Origin: an uncultured Bacteroidales bacterium
GTDB taxonomy: Bacteria > Bacteroidota > Bacteroidia > Bacteroidales > FEN-979
DNA length: 64,000 bases
Assembly: GCA_903875045.1 (NCBI GenBank)
Contig: CAIQUS010000060.1
Location: 5,690-69,689 of the forward strand
Direction: 5' to 3'
A program made the position numbers and the translations under genes. The notes below the pieces were generated by a model. That model searched no databases. It worked only from the letters and a program-made list of their open reading frames with translations, and was not told the origin of the DNA. Below are positions 18,803-28,929 of this stretch, one piece after another. The stretch's first letter is position 1; the number at the start of each line of letters is the position of its first letter.

Positions 18803-20059
18803 TTATTGACTCACAAGATTTTTCCTCAACAAATTTAACGCCTGCAGTGCGGTTCGGCGGATATTCCGTTCTCTGTTGTCCCCAAACAGATACTGCATGG
18901 CGTATACGTCATAGGGTGTGGCAATGGCTATCCAGGTAGTTCCAACCGGTTTATCAGGGCTACCACCATCCGGACCAGCAATTCCAGAGGTTGCAATGGC
19001 ATAGTCTGCCTTGAATTTTGCCCGCACCGATATTGCCATTTCAGTGACCACCTGTTTACTTACAGCGCCATACTCTTTTATGTTTTCTGCATGAACCCCC
19101 AGGATCTGCTCTTTGATCTCATTGGAGTACGCAACGACAGAACCTTTAAAATAGGTTGAACTTCCCGGAATACTGGTAATCATCTGGGCAATGGCACCCC
19201 CGGTACAACTCTCAGCGATAGCCAGGGTTGCGTCTCTTTCCCGCAAAAGCATTCCAACAACCCCTTCAAGCGTTTCATTGTCATAGCCAAAAATATACTC
19301 GGGGATTAATGTCTGTAATTTTAAAACTTCTGTTCCAACCTCATTATGAAGAATGTTTTCCTCGGGGCCCACTCCCGAAAGTCGTAACCTTACCATACCG
19401 GGCTGAGGAAGATATGCCAGTTTAATATGCGATGGCAATGCGTTTTCCCATGATTCGATGCGGTCGGCCAGAAATGATTCTCCGACACCTTGTGTCAGTA
19501 CTGTTTTGTGATAAATGAATGGGGTGTTAAAAGTTTGTTTCAACCACGGAATGACATATTCGGTCATCATGGTTTTCATCTCAAAAGGCACACCGGGCAT
19601 CGACACAAAAATGGTTTTTCCGCCGCCACCACGTTTCTTCTCAAACCACATTCCACGGGCTGTCCCCAGTTTATTCGGAATACCGGTACAATTTTCGGGC
19701 AATTCGGCCTGCTGGCGGTTAAGTTCTGTTACCGGGTATCCACGGCGGGTAAATAACTCTTCCACATCCTGGTAGGCGGCGCTGTTAAATACCAGCTTTG
19801 TATTGAAATATTCACAAAGCGTATGTTTGGTAATATCATCTTTCGTTGGGCCGATACCTCCGGAAATTAAAACAACTTCTACCCGTTTTTCTGCCTCAGC
19901 GAGTGCATCCAGAATATGTTGCCGTGAATCGCTGATAACGGAATACTGATATACACTGAACCCGGAAAGGTTCAATTGCTCTGCCATCCAGGCAGCATTG
20001 GTATTAATGACCTGCCCGATAAGCAGTTCATCCCCGATGTTGATGATCTCTATTTTCAT
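18803..20059 (-). CDS. cinA: CinA-family competence/damage-inducible protein (MoCF-binding + nicotinamide-nucleotide amidohydrolase domains)
   Basis: 418 aa. 'MKIEIINIGDELLIGQVINTNAAWMA', 'GGIGPTKDDITK' and a C-terminal 'ESCTGGAIA...TSGIAGPDGG' PncC-like domain. Confidence 0.9.
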   Translation of the reverse strand: MKIEIINIGDELLIGQVINTNAAWMAEQLNLSGFSVYQYSVISDSRQHILDALAEAEKRVEVVLISGGIGPTKDDITKHTLCEYFNTKLVFNSAAYQDVEELFTRRGYPVTELNRQQAELPENCTGIPNKLGTARGMWFEKKRGGGGKTIFVSMPGVPFEMKTMMTEYVIPWLKQTFNTPFIYHKTVLTQGVGESFLADRIESWENALPSHIKLAYLPQPGMVRLRLSGVGPEENILHNEVGTEVLKLQTLIPEYIFGYDNETLEGVVGMLLRERDATLAIAESCTGGAIAQMITSIPGSSTYFKGSVVAYSNEIKEQILGVHAENIKEYGAVSKQVVTEMAISVRAKFKADYAIATSGIAGPDGGSPDKPVGTTWIAIATPYDVYAMQYLFGDNRERNIRRTALQALNLLRKNLVSQ

Positions 20060-20063
20060 TTTG

Positions 20064-20071
20064 CAAATTTA
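20064..20071 (-). promoter_or_regulatory. Candidate -7 box (TAaaTTTG) for cinA
   Basis: Minus-strand TAAATTTG lies only about 5 nt before the ATG, implying a very short or absent leader. Confidence 0.3.
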
Positions 20072-20137
20072 GTGAAATTGGTGTATCCTGACCTAATACT
20101 GTCATTGAGTGCCTTCCCCGATTGACCGGCTTTTTAT

Positions 20138-20145
20138 TACCTTTG
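20138..20145 (+). promoter_or_regulatory. Candidate -7 box (TAccTTTG) for the nucleoside phosphorylase gene
   Basis: TACCTTTG lies 17 nt upstream of the ATG at 20162. Confidence 0.4.
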
Positions 20146-20161
20146 CAAAAAACCAACTATC

Positions 20162-21037
20162 ATGCCCTTTCTTGCAGAACCAGACCTGATCGTTAATGAC
20201 AACGGAAGTGTTTACCATATTTGTATGAGGCCTGAAGACCTCGCTGATACCGTTATTGTGGTGGGTGACCCGCAAAGGGTCCATGAAATATCTGATCATT
20301 TCACCGGAATTGACCATCGCGCCTCGAATCGGGAGTTCATCTCTCAAACAGGGTATTTCAATGGGAAACGGATCACGGCTTTGTCAACCGGGATTGGCAC
20401 CGACAATTGTGACATTGTGATGCACGAACTTGACGCCCTCGCAAATTTCGATTTGAAAACCAGGGTCCAGAAACCGGTTCAGCGTTCGTTGAGCATTATC
20501 CGTATCGGAACTTCGGGTTCGATACAAGCCGATGTCCCGGTGAACAGTTTTGGGTTATCCACCCATGCTGTGGGGCTCGACAATTTGCTCCATTTTTACA
20601 AAGGAACCCCGGGTATCATTGATCATGGAATGACCGAAGCGTTCGCTGAACATGCCGCATGGCCGGTGGATCTTTCAAAACCATATTTTATAAAGGGATC
20701 TGACAGGCTGATTGATTTGTTCAGACCTTATGCCGTGGCAGGCATTACCGCTACGGCACCGGGGTTTTACGGACCGCAGGGGCGGTTTTTAAGATTGCCC
20801 CTTACCGATCCCGACATGATTAAGAAACTTCAGAGTTTCAGATATCAGGGGCATCGCATTGTGAATTTCGAAATGGAAACCTCTGCATTGTATGGCCTTG
20901 GAGCCCTCATGGGACATGAAATGGTCACCATTTGTACCCTGATTGCAAATCGTGCCACCGGCGATTATAATCCTGATCACAAAAAAGTGGTCAATTCATT
21001 GATTGCATTGGTTCTGCAACAAATTACCCTGTCGTAG
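20162..21037 (+). CDS. Nucleoside phosphorylase (PNP_UDP_1 family, uridine-phosphorylase-like)
   Basis: 291 aa. 'VVGDPQRV', 'STGIG', 'IRIGTSGS' and 'NFEMETSALY' motifs of the PNP/UDP phosphorylase fold. Confidence 0.75.
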   Translation: MPFLAEPDLIVNDNGSVYHICMRPEDLADTVIVVGDPQRVHEISDHFTGIDHRASNREFISQTGYFNGKRITALSTGIGTDNCDIVMHELDALANFDLKTRVQKPVQRSLSIIRIGTSGSIQADVPVNSFGLSTHAVGLDNLLHFYKGTPGIIDHGMTEAFAEHAAWPVDLSKPYFIKGSDRLIDLFRPYAVAGITATAPGFYGPQGRFLRLPLTDPDMIKKLQSFRYQGHRIVNFEMETSALYGLGALMGHEMVTICTLIANRATGDYNPDHKKVVNSLIALVLQQITLS

Positions 21038-21061
21038 AGACACACTGCAGTGCGTCTCTAC
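21034..21061 (+). other. 28-nt near-perfect palindrome overlapping the phosphorylase stop codon
   Basis: gtagagacAcactg/cagtgCgtctctac: 13 of 14 positions pair. No U-tract follows. Confidence 0.5.
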
Positions 21062-21099
21062 CCTGCGTAAATAAATGTAGGATCCAAAACGAACAATCC

Positions 21100-21969
21100 A
21101 TGTCCACACCAACAGATAACGCTACCCTTAATGCCCTGATCAACCTAATGGATGAGCCTGATGAATCAGCGTTCAACCTGATCAGGCAACAGATTTTATT
21201 ACGGGGCACAAGGGCCCTTGCACCATTGGAAAGAGCCCTGGACAACACTTTCGATACGATTGTCCAGGATCGTATTAAGGCCATTATCCGGATTATTTTT
21301 CGGGAAGATATGTTTGCGGAATTTTCAAACTGGTTCCATTATGAATCCTCCGATTTGCTCAAAGGGTTTATGCTGGTTACAAAAACTGAATTTCCATCGT
21401 TGAACCAGGAGGAAATTGTGATCAAAATCGAACAGATGAAAATGGACATCTGGATTGAACTGCATGAGAACCTCACCGCCTTTGAAAATGTTAAAGTAAT
21501 CAATCACCTGCTTTTCGACATTCATCATTTTGAGGGGAATAAAAGTGATTTGACCTCGCCTCAAAACAGCTATATCAACTCATTGCTTGAAAGTAAAAAG
21601 GGAAGTCCGTTATCTTTGGGGATGCTTATCATCATCCTGGCACAAAGACTTGGATTACCGATTTACGGGGTAAACCTGCCACAGCATTTTATCTTGGCAT
21701 ATCTCACTGATACAGGCATCGATCATCCCGGTGAAAATGATGTGCTTTTTTATATCAATCCGTTCAACAACGGGGCTATATTTACACGGCGTGAAATCGA
21801 ATTGTTTATCGGACAAATGAAGATCAAGCCTGAAACATCCTTTTTTACCCCGTGTACCAATACCGACATCATACGCCGGCTGATCAACAACCTGATTTAT
21901 TCATACAAACAATCAGGAAATTTGGATAAAATCGAAGATTTGGAAACAATGTTAATTGCCTTTAAATGA
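21100..21969 (+). CDS. Transglutaminase-like / SirB1-like family protein
   Basis: 289 aa. The central 'KKGSPLSLGMLIIILAQRLGLPIYGVNLPQHFIL' resembles the Transglut_core2 (SirB1 N-terminal) family. Recalled, not searched. Confidence 0.5.
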   Translation: MSTPTDNATLNALINLMDEPDESAFNLIRQQILLRGTRALAPLERALDNTFDTIVQDRIKAIIRIIFREDMFAEFSNWFHYESSDLLKGFMLVTKTEFPSLNQEEIVIKIEQMKMDIWIELHENLTAFENVKVINHLLFDIHHFEGNKSDLTSPQNSYINSLLESKKGSPLSLGMLIIILAQRLGLPIYGVNLPQHFILAYLTDTGIDHPGENDVLFYINPFNNGAIFTRREIELFIGQMKIKPETSFFTPCTNTDIIRRLINNLIYSYKQSGNLDKIEDLETMLIAFK

Positions 21970-23081
21970 AAAATAAACTATATGTACTCCTGCTAATCCC
22001 TGTCGTCTTGTTACTTTCTGGCTGGGGTTCAAAGGGGCATCGGAAAATAAGCCAGAACATGGCCATCTGCCTGCCAGCCCAGATGTCATTTCTGAAGCCT
22101 GTTTGGACAAATTTCATCTCCACCCATGCAAGCGATGCCGATTACCGTAAGGACCAGGATCCCAACGAATCCCCCCGGCATTATATTGACATCGACAACT
22201 ACCCTGAATTCATACAAACCGGGCGCATTATTCAAACGTATGATTCTATTGTTGAAAAATTCGGTAATGCCTTCGTGGTTGACCAGGGGATACTTCCATG
22301 GGCTACATTGAGAACGTTTGATTCATTGAAGAACTGCTTTCAGCGGAGGGATTGGAACAGATCAGCTTTATTTGCGGCAGACCTGGGCCATTATGTGGCT
22401 GATGGTCACATGCCCCTGCACATCACTAAGAACTACAACGGAGGAATGACAGGCCAAACCGGAATTCATTCGCGGTATGAATCAAATTTGGTTAGCCGGT
22501 ATGAAGCACAAATTGTTTACCCGGCCGATTCCGCCCATTATATTGAAAATCCAGGTGCATTTATTTTTAATTATCTGTATGGTGATTACAAATATGTTGA
22601 CAGTTTGCTACTTGCTGATCAATATGCGACCAATTTGGCGGGTAATACGAGCTCCGATGCTTATTATCAGGCTTTATGGGCAAAATCGGGCGATTTTACC
22701 ATCCTGCTGATGCGAAATGGTTCCACTCATCTGGCCGATTTGATTTATACCGCCTGGGTGCAGGCTGGCAGTCCGGTGATGTATCCCAATGGGATTGATG
22801 AAGCTGATAATGCTGATCATTTGCGGTTTCTTCAGGTTTTCCCAAATCCGGCCTCACAAACAGTCAATTTCCCGATTGTCGTCACAGATGACCGCAAAAT
22901 GGTATCGTTGACAGTGTATGATACCAGCGGAACGCTGAAAGACACGGTGTTAAACAAGGAAATGGCCGAGGGATATCATAAAATAACCTGGGATGTTAAG
23001 GGACTTGATCCGGGTGTTTATTTTTGTAAGATGGAGTCTGGAAATATTTCGGCCACCCAGCGATTCGTTGTGGTACGATGA
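21966..23081 (+). CDS. S1/P1-nuclease-family protein with T9SS C-terminal sorting domain
   Basis: 371 aa. The mature N-terminus 'GWGSKGHRKIS' (W-G-x-x-G-H), 'HYIDID' and 'DLGHYVADGHMPLH' metal ligands are typical of S1/P1 nucleases. The C-terminus 'FPNPASQTVNF...GVYFCKMESG..ATQRFVVV' fits a T9SS CTD. Confidence 0.65.
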   Translation: MKNKLYVLLLIPVVLLLSGWGSKGHRKISQNMAICLPAQMSFLKPVWTNFISTHASDADYRKDQDPNESPRHYIDIDNYPEFIQTGRIIQTYDSIVEKFGNAFVVDQGILPWATLRTFDSLKNCFQRRDWNRSALFAADLGHYVADGHMPLHITKNYNGGMTGQTGIHSRYESNLVSRYEAQIVYPADSAHYIENPGAFIFNYLYGDYKYVDSLLLADQYATNLAGNTSSDAYYQALWAKSGDFTILLMRNGSTHLADLIYTAWVQAGSPVMYPNGIDEADNADHLRFLQVFPNPASQTVNFPIVVTDDRKMVSLTVYDTSGTLKDTVLNKEMAEGYHKITWDVKGLDPGVYFCKMESGNISATQRFVVVR

Positions 23082-23097
23082 TTGGTTCCGACCCTTG

Positions 23098-23688
23098 TCA
23101 TTTTACGAGCAGTTTACAGAATGTTTTCCACAGGATGGTAAAGTATTCCCCAACATTCATGTGATCAATATACCTTCTGTTGATCATTATTTTTGCGGGC
23201 ATCACCTCTTCAATGTATGTTTTTTCGGGGTTAGAAGATCGACCAAGTAATTCATTCTCATTGATATACTCAATGGAGGCATAATCGGTGATGCCGGGCT
23301 TTACCATGAGTACTATCCGCTGTTCCGGGGTATAGCAATCGACATATTTTCGGATTTCCGGGCGCGGGCCAACCAGACTCATCTGTCCCTTTAAAACGTT
23401 AATCAGTTGAGGCAATTCATCAAGTTTGAATTTTCTGAGAAAATACCCGGCACGGGTGATGCGGCTGTCTCTTGCACCGATGGTAAGACCACCTTGTTTT
23501 TCCGCATTGGTGGCCATTGTCCGGAATTTTAATAACCTGAAGTCCACCCCGTTCTTACCAACCCTTGATTGAGCATAAAAAACCCCGCCACGCGAATCGG
23601 CCATGATAATTAGACAAATTATCAGTAAAACCGGTAAAAGCAGGATGAGCCCGACCAAAGAAAAAAGAAAATCAAAAAACCGGATCAT
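23098..23688 (-). CDS. Undecaprenyl-phosphate sugar phosphotransferase (Bac_transf, PglC/WbaP-like small type)
   Basis: 196 aa with an N-terminal re-entrant helix. 'LKFRTM', 'DELPQLINVLKGQMSLVGPRP' are signature motifs. Confidence 0.9.
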   Translation of the reverse strand: MIRFFDFLFSLVGLILLLPVLLIICLIIMADSRGGVFYAQSRVGKNGVDFRLLKFRTMATNAEKQGGLTIGARDSRITRAGYFLRKFKLDELPQLINVLKGQMSLVGPRPEIRKYVDCYTPEQRIVLMVKPGITDYASIEYINENELLGRSSNPEKTYIEEVMPAKIMINRRYIDHMNVGEYFTILWKTFCKLLVK

Positions 23689-24908
23689 TTTGACGTATAA
23701 TATACCACCTTCAACACCGACTCAACCACGGCATTGACAACTGTATCCACCATTTCATCCGTGAGATCGTAGTATACCGGTAAACTGATTTCCCGTGAAA
23801 AATTATCATAAGCCACCGGAAAATCAAGGATGTCATATCCCTCATTGCAGTAATAGGTCATCATGGGGAGAGGCACAAAATGCACATTGACGGCTACTTC
23901 ACGGTTAAAAATTTCCTGGATCACCTGGTCCCGCTGCTGTTCATTAATCCCGTTGATGCGAAGCAAAAAAACATGGAAGGATGATTTTTTCTCATCGTTC
24001 TCATATTCCGGGATCTGCGCCCAATCATATTTTGCAAAGGCTCCGGCATATTTATCAAAGATTTGTTTACGCCTGACCAGCATGTCGCTGTCATATCGGG
24101 CTATCTCAACTAAACCGATTGAGGCCTGGATGTCGGTCATATTATATTTGTATCCAGGTTCAATGATATCATAACGCCACCCTCCGATCTGGGTTTTTGC
24201 CAGAGCGTCTTTGGTTTGCCCATGCAACGACTTGGCATTCAACTCGCGGTAAATGGCATCATGATCAAAAGGTTCTGGCAGGTTCAGGCAAACAGCTCCA
24301 CCTTCGGCAGTCGTGAGGTTTTTTACGGCATGAAACGAATAAACTGTGATATCAGTAAGATTTCCCACTTTTTTTTCATGATATTGCCCGCCGATGGAAT
24401 GTGCGGCATCCGACAGCACCAGAATCCGGTTCAGCAAATGTTGTTCTTTGGTTAAAGGACAGAAATGCTCCTGAATTTCAGGCCGTCGTACCAATGCATT
24501 GATGGCGTCGTAATCGCATGGCCAACCTGCAATATCAACCGGGATAATTACCTTTGTTCGTGGAGTAATTGCTTTTTCAATGGCTTCTACTGAGATGTTG
24601 AAATCATCATCTGCATCCACGAAAACGACCTTTGCACCGCAATGGACCACAACGTTGGCGGTTGCCGCATAGGTGTAGGCTGGAACGATCACCTCATCGC
24701 CCTCCTTCACCCCATACCAGCGAAGCATCAGCTCGAGTCCTGCCGAAGCCGAACTCACGCAAAGCGTTACTTTGTGGCCTCCATAAGCAGTGAGCAGGTT
24801 CTCAAATCTCTTGGTCTTCGGTCCGGTGGTAATCCAGCCTGAATGGAGCGTGTCAACAACCTCATCCACAATCTTCTGGTCAATCCGGGGCGGACTAAAT
24901 GGGATCAT
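23685..24908 (-). CDS. DegT/DnrJ/EryC1/StrS-family sugar aminotransferase
   Basis: 407 aa. '[10 protein letters not shown]', 'DAAHSIG' and '[14 protein letters not shown]' (PLP lysine region). 4-nt overlap with the sugar transferase. Confidence 0.9.
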   Translation of the reverse strand: MIPFSPPRIDQKIVDEVVDTLHSGWITTGPKTKRFENLLTAYGGHKVTLCVSSASAGLELMLRWYGVKEGDEVIVPAYTYAATANVVVHCGAKVVFVDADDDFNISVEAIEKAITPRTKVIIPVDIAGWPCDYDAINALVRRPEIQEHFCPLTKEQHLLNRILVLSDAAHSIGGQYHEKKVGNLTDITVYSFHAVKNLTTAEGGAVCLNLPEPFDHDAIYRELNAKSLHGQTKDALAKTQIGGWRYDIIEPGYKYNMTDIQASIGLVEIARYDSDMLVRRKQIFDKYAGAFAKYDWAQIPEYENDEKKSSFHVFLLRINGINEQQRDQVIQEIFNREVAVNVHFVPLPMMTYYCNEGYDILDFPVAYDNFSREISLPVYYDLTDEMVDTVVNAVVESVLKVVYYTSK

Positions 24909-25861
24909 AGATTATTGGAATGAAGAAAATTCAGGATGTTTGTTTCGATTCGCCGGAGAATGTTTGAATCATCGGCTTTAACAAATTTTTCGCCGGTAAT
25001 GCCTTCATAGAGCTCGATGTAGCGGTCGGATATTTCTTTGACCCAGGCATCGCCCATTTCAGGGACCTGCTGGCCCTCTTTTCCCATAAAACCATTGGCC
25101 ATAAGCCATTCGCGCACAAATTCCTTCGAAAGCTGACGTTGTTGTTCACCACTGGCCTGGCGTTCTTCATATCCGTAAAGGTAAAAATACCTGGAAGAAT
25201 CAGGAGTGTGGATTTCATCGCACAGATAGATTTTTCCATCGGCACCTTTCCCGAACTCATATTTTGTATCTACGAGAATCAGTCCTTTCTGAGCGGCCAT
25301 TTCAGTGCCACGTTTGAACAATGCAAAAGTGTATTTTTTAATAAGGTCATATTCTGCTGCCGGAATCAATCCCTGGGCAAGAAGCTCTGATTCTGTAATA
25401 TCTTCATCATGACCTTCGGCGGCTTTGGTAGTAGGCGTAATGATCGGCTCAGGAAACCGCTGATGCTCTTTCATCCCGTCGGGGACAGGCACACCACAAA
25501 TTTCCCGTGAACCTTTTTGATAGGTTCGCCATGAACTTCCGGTAAGATATCCGCGGATGATCATCTCTACCGGATAAATCCTGCAGAAGCGCCCGATGGT
25601 AACATTGGGGTCGGGAGAGGCTATTTTCCAGTTCGGACAAATATCTGCAGTGGCATCCAGAAATTTTGAAGCAATCTGGTTGAGAACTTGTCCCTTATAG
25701 GGGATCCCCCTTGGAAGGACGACGTCGAAGGCCGAAATCCGGTCGCTGGCAACCATCACAAGAAATTGATCATTAATGTTATATACATCACGGACTTTCC
25801 CTGTATAGAGATTTTTCTGGCCTGGGAAAGTGAAACTGGTTTTTTGAAGAACGTTGGTCAT
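24905..25861 (-). CDS. purC: Phosphoribosylaminoimidazole-succinocarboxamide synthase
   Basis: 318 aa. '[10 protein letters not shown]', 'ASDRISAFD' and 'LVDTKYEFG' are SAICAR synthetase motifs. Confidence 0.93.
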   Translation of the reverse strand: MTNVLQKTSFTFPGQKNLYTGKVRDVYNINDQFLVMVASDRISAFDVVLPRGIPYKGQVLNQIASKFLDATADICPNWKIASPDPNVTIGRFCRIYPVEMIIRGYLTGSSWRTYQKGSREICGVPVPDGMKEHQRFPEPIITPTTKAAEGHDEDITESELLAQGLIPAAEYDLIKKYTFALFKRGTEMAAQKGLILVDTKYEFGKGADGKIYLCDEIHTPDSSRYFYLYGYEERQASGEQQRQLSKEFVREWLMANGFMGKEGQQVPEMGDAWVKEISDRYIELYEGITGEKFVKADDSNILRRIETNILNFLHSNNL

Positions 25862-25884
25862 GGCTCGTTTTTTTTTTTGATGAG

Positions 25885-25892
25885 CAAAGATA
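25885..25892 (-). promoter_or_regulatory. Candidate -7 box (TAtcTTTG) for purC
   Basis: Minus-strand TATCTTTG lies 24 nt upstream of the purC ATG. Confidence 0.45.
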
Positions 25893-25951
25893 AGGCAAAT
25901 TGAGTTATGGTATAATCAATAAAAATATATTTATAATATGTAAATACTAAT

Positions 25952-25972
25952 TATCTTTGTAAGCTAAATTTG
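25952..25972 (+). promoter_or_regulatory. Two adjacent candidate -7 boxes (TAtcTTTG, TAaaTTTG) upstream of the toxin-antitoxin pair
   Basis: tatctttg at 25952-25959 and taaatttg at 25965-25972. The ATG is at 25978. Confidence 0.4.
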
Positions 25973-25977
25973 CAACG

Positions 25978-26238
25978 ATGACGAAGAAAGTAACTTATAC
26001 CAGTACATTGCCTGAGGATGTTATGGAGACAGTTAATGATTATTCGGAAAAAAATAACATCTCAAAAAACAAGGTCGTTGAAAACGCCCTTCGGCAATTT
26101 TTTTTCGGTATAAAGCAAAACGATTTCAGGGAGGGGTTTAAGCGTGCAGCCAATGATATTGAGATGAGATTAATTGCTGAGGAGGGGATGGATGACTATT
26201 CCGAAATCCTACAACAGAACGAAAAGAAAAGGAAATGA
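25978..26238 (+). CDS. Putative antitoxin (small acidic C-terminus, RHH/MazE-like position)
   Basis: 86-aa ORF that overlaps the downstream MazF-like gene by 4 nt (ATGA). Called from size and genetic position, not from a recognised motif. Confidence 0.55.
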   Translation: MTKKVTYTSTLPEDVMETVNDYSEKNNISKNKVVENALRQFFFGIKQNDFREGFKRAANDIEMRLIAEEGMDDYSEILQQNEKKRK

Positions 26239-26567
26239 GGCAGTGCGACATATACATGGCCTCTCTTGATCCTGCAATGGGTGCGGAACAGCAGGGGACC
26301 AGACCTGTACTAATCATCAGTGGTGATGCCTTGAACGAGATGACAGATCTTTGCATTGTATGCCCACTGACTACTAAAATAAAAAATTATCCCGGATCGG
26401 TTATATTATTGAAAAATAAACAAAACGGACTTACTGACGACTCAGAGGTACTTGCTTTTCAGGTGAGGGTCATGTCAAAAAATCGTCTGATCAGGAAAGT
26501 TGGCACTATTTCCAAAGTGGAATTGGACCGCATCAAATCAGGGTTGATAAACGTATTGACCTTTTGA
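26235..26567 (+). CDS. mazF: Type II toxin, MazF/PemK-family endoribonuclease
   Basis: 110 aa. 'CDIYMASLDPAMGAEQQGTRPVLIIS' and 'VCPLTTK' match the PemK/MazF fold signature. Confidence 0.85.
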   Translation: MRQCDIYMASLDPAMGAEQQGTRPVLIISGDALNEMTDLCIVCPLTTKIKNYPGSVILLKNKQNGLTDDSEVLAFQVRVMSKNRLIRKVGTISKVELDRIKSGLINVLTF

Positions 26568-26584
26568 GGGTTAATATTTCCGCT

Positions 26585-27529
26585 CTAATTCTCACCACTA
26601 TACGCTTCAATAATCCTGCTTACCAGTTTATGCCTGATAATGTCGGATTTGTCGAGGTAAACAAAGTCAATCCCGGGGATGTTGGCAAGGACTTTTTGAG
26701 AATGCATCAACCCGCTGGTTTGGTTTTTCGGCAGGTCAATCTGGGTGATGTCGCCTGTAACAATGAACTTTGCAGATGAACCCATCCGCGTGAGAAACAT
26801 CTTTAACTGGCTGGGGGTGGTGTTCTGGGCTTCATCAAGAATTGCAAAGGCATTGTTGAGTGTCCTGCCACGCATGAAAGCCAGTGGTGCGATTTCAATA
26901 ATGCGCTCTTCAATATACTGGAGAAGTTTTTGAGTGGGCAGCATGTCCCCGAGTGCATCATACAGTGGTTGCATGTAAGGATCAAGTTTCTCTTTTAAAT
27001 CACCCGGCAGAAAACCCAGGTTTTCACCCGCTTCCACGGCCGGCCGGGTGAGAATGATCCTCTGAATCTCCTTGTTTTTCAAGGCGCGCACTGCCATGGC
27101 AACTGCGGTATAGGTCTTTCCGGTTCCGGCCGGGCCAATCGCGAACACCAGGTCATTTTTCAGGCTGCTTTCAACGAGTTTGCGCTGGTTGGCTGTTCGT
27201 GCCCTGATCAACAAGCCATTTTTGCCATGGACAAGTACATCATTTTGACCTTCAGGTGCCATGACAGGACCATTTGAATCCGGGTTCAGCAATAACCCGA
27301 TATCTGTTTTTGTCAGTTTGCCGAATTTTTCAAAATGTAGCAGCAGCGAAGTGAACTTGTCTTCAAAATCAAGCAGATCCGATTCTTCGCCAAATATTTT
27401 GATAAAATTATCCCTTGAAACGATTTTTATTTTCGGAAAAAAATTGCGTATTACCTCCAGATTCTGGTCATTGGCGCCAAAAATATCAAGCGGATGAAAG
27501 GATTCAATGTTAATTAGCTTCTCGCTCAT
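26585..27529 (-). CDS. phoH: PhoH-family ATPase
   Basis: Start reset to 'MSEKLINIE'. 'GPAGTGKTYTAVAMAV' Walker A, 'ILDEAQNTT' and 'TGDITQIDLP' are PhoH motifs. Confidence 0.9.
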   Translation of the reverse strand: MSEKLINIESFHPLDIFGANDQNLEVIRNFFPKIKIVSRDNFIKIFGEESDLLDFEDKFTSLLLHFEKFGKLTKTDIGLLLNPDSNGPVMAPEGQNDVLVHGKNGLLIRARTANQRKLVESSLKNDLVFAIGPAGTGKTYTAVAMAVRALKNKEIQRIILTRPAVEAGENLGFLPGDLKEKLDPYMQPLYDALGDMLPTQKLLQYIEERIIEIAPLAFMRGRTLNNAFAILDEAQNTTPSQLKMFLTRMGSSAKFIVTGDITQIDLPKNQTSGLMHSQKVLANIPGIDFVYLDKSDIIRHKLVSRIIEAYSGEN

Positions 27530-27572
27530 GAAAAATTTATACCTTTGAATACGCAAATGTACGAATATTTCC

Positions 27573-28352
27573 ATGGCTATTATCACACTTACAACCGACT
27601 GGGGGCTGAAAGATCACTATACCGGGGCTGTCAAAGGCGCGATCCTCCGGATGTTGCCCGATGCACAAATTGTTGATATTTCGCACCACATTCCTGCATT
27701 TGATCTCAACCAGGCGGCCTTTATCATTCGAAATGTTTACCGCAACTTTCCCGATGGGACCATCCATATCCTGGCAATAAATACGGAGGCAGCTGTTGAT
27801 ACCCCTCATACCCTTGTTTTTCATCACGGTCATTATTTCATCGGGGCCGATAATGGGATTTTTTCGTTGTTGTTTGATGATAAACCAACCAAAATCATTG
27901 AGTTGGACATCATGCAGGATTCAGATTATTTTACATTTTCAACTCGCGATGTATTTGTAAAAGTTGCGTGTCATATTGCCAGCGGTCAGCCCATGGAAAA
28001 ACTGGGGTTCCTCAAACAAAACCTCATGCAGAAAATGGCCTTCCAGCCGGTAATTCAGGGCGATCTGCTCAAAGGGAAGGTTATTTATATTGACAATTAC
28101 GAGAATGTTTTTATCAACATCACAGAGGCATTGTTTAAATCTGCTGTTAAGACCCGCAAATTTGCAATCACTTTTCGCTCACTGAACTATCGAATTACTG
28201 AAATCAGTAAATCATATAAGGATGTAAGCCAGGGCGAAATGCTTGCACTTTTTTCGACCAGCGGGTATATAGAAATTGCCATCCGAGAAGGCAAGGCAAG
28301 CAGTCTGCTGGGGTTAAAGATGGATCAGCTGGTAACGGTTGAATTGCTTTAA
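27573..28352 (+). CDS. SAM hydrolase / SAM-dependent chlorinase-fluorinase family protein (DUF62)
   Basis: 259 aa. 'IITLTTDWGLKDHYTGAVKGAI' and 'VDISHHIPAFD' are characteristic of S-adenosyl-L-methionine hydroxide adenosyltransferases. Confidence 0.8.
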   Translation: MAIITLTTDWGLKDHYTGAVKGAILRMLPDAQIVDISHHIPAFDLNQAAFIIRNVYRNFPDGTIHILAINTEAAVDTPHTLVFHHGHYFIGADNGIFSLLFDDKPTKIIELDIMQDSDYFTFSTRDVFVKVACHIASGQPMEKLGFLKQNLMQKMAFQPVIQGDLLKGKVIYIDNYENVFINITEALFKSAVKTRKFAITFRSLNYRITEISKSYKDVSQGEMLALFSTSGYIEIAIREGKASSLLGLKMDQLVTVELL

Positions 28353-28391
28353 AAAACATTTGAAAATATCTTTACCAAATAACTAACACTC

Positions 28392-28874
28392 TTGGAAAAA
28401 TCAAAAAATATTGCACTTGTTGGCCATGATAACCGTAAGAAAGACCTGGTAGAATGGGTCGAATTCAATTATAAAACCCTGTTGGGGCATCACCTGATCT
28501 GTACGGGCACAACAGGCAAACTTGTGGAGGAGACGATTCTCAATAAACTGGAGGAGGAAGAGAAGATCACCTTCGATATCGTCAAACTCAAATCCGGGCC
28601 CCTTGGCGGCGATCAGCAATTGGGTGCCATGATTGCTGAAGGCAAGATCGACCTGCTTATCTTTTTCTGGGATCCCATGCAACCTCAGCCCCACGATGTG
28701 GATGTAAAAGCGCTTCTTAGAATTACGGTCGTTTATAATATCCCTACAGCCTGTAATCGGTCAACCGCCGATTTCATGATTTCATCCCACCTTCTGAAGG
28801 AGCCTTATGAACCACGTCTCGCTGATTATTCAGGTTATGTTTCGCGGCAGATCCCCGGAAATGTTCCTGCCTGA
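28392..28874 (+). CDS. mgsA: Methylglyoxal synthase
   Basis: 160 aa, TTG start. 'IALVGHDNRKKDLV', 'ICTGTTG', 'SGPLGGDQQ' and 'PHDVDVKALLR' motifs. Confidence 0.9.
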   Translation: MEKSKNIALVGHDNRKKDLVEWVEFNYKTLLGHHLICTGTTGKLVEETILNKLEEEEKITFDIVKLKSGPLGGDQQLGAMIAEGKIDLLIFFWDPMQPQPHDVDVKALLRITVVYNIPTACNRSTADFMISSHLLKEPYEPRLADYSGYVSRQIPGNVPA

Positions 28875-28929
28875 TGCAATTTGATGGCTGAAAAATGCTA
28901 ATTTTGCACGCCCTTAAATCAACGAGTAA

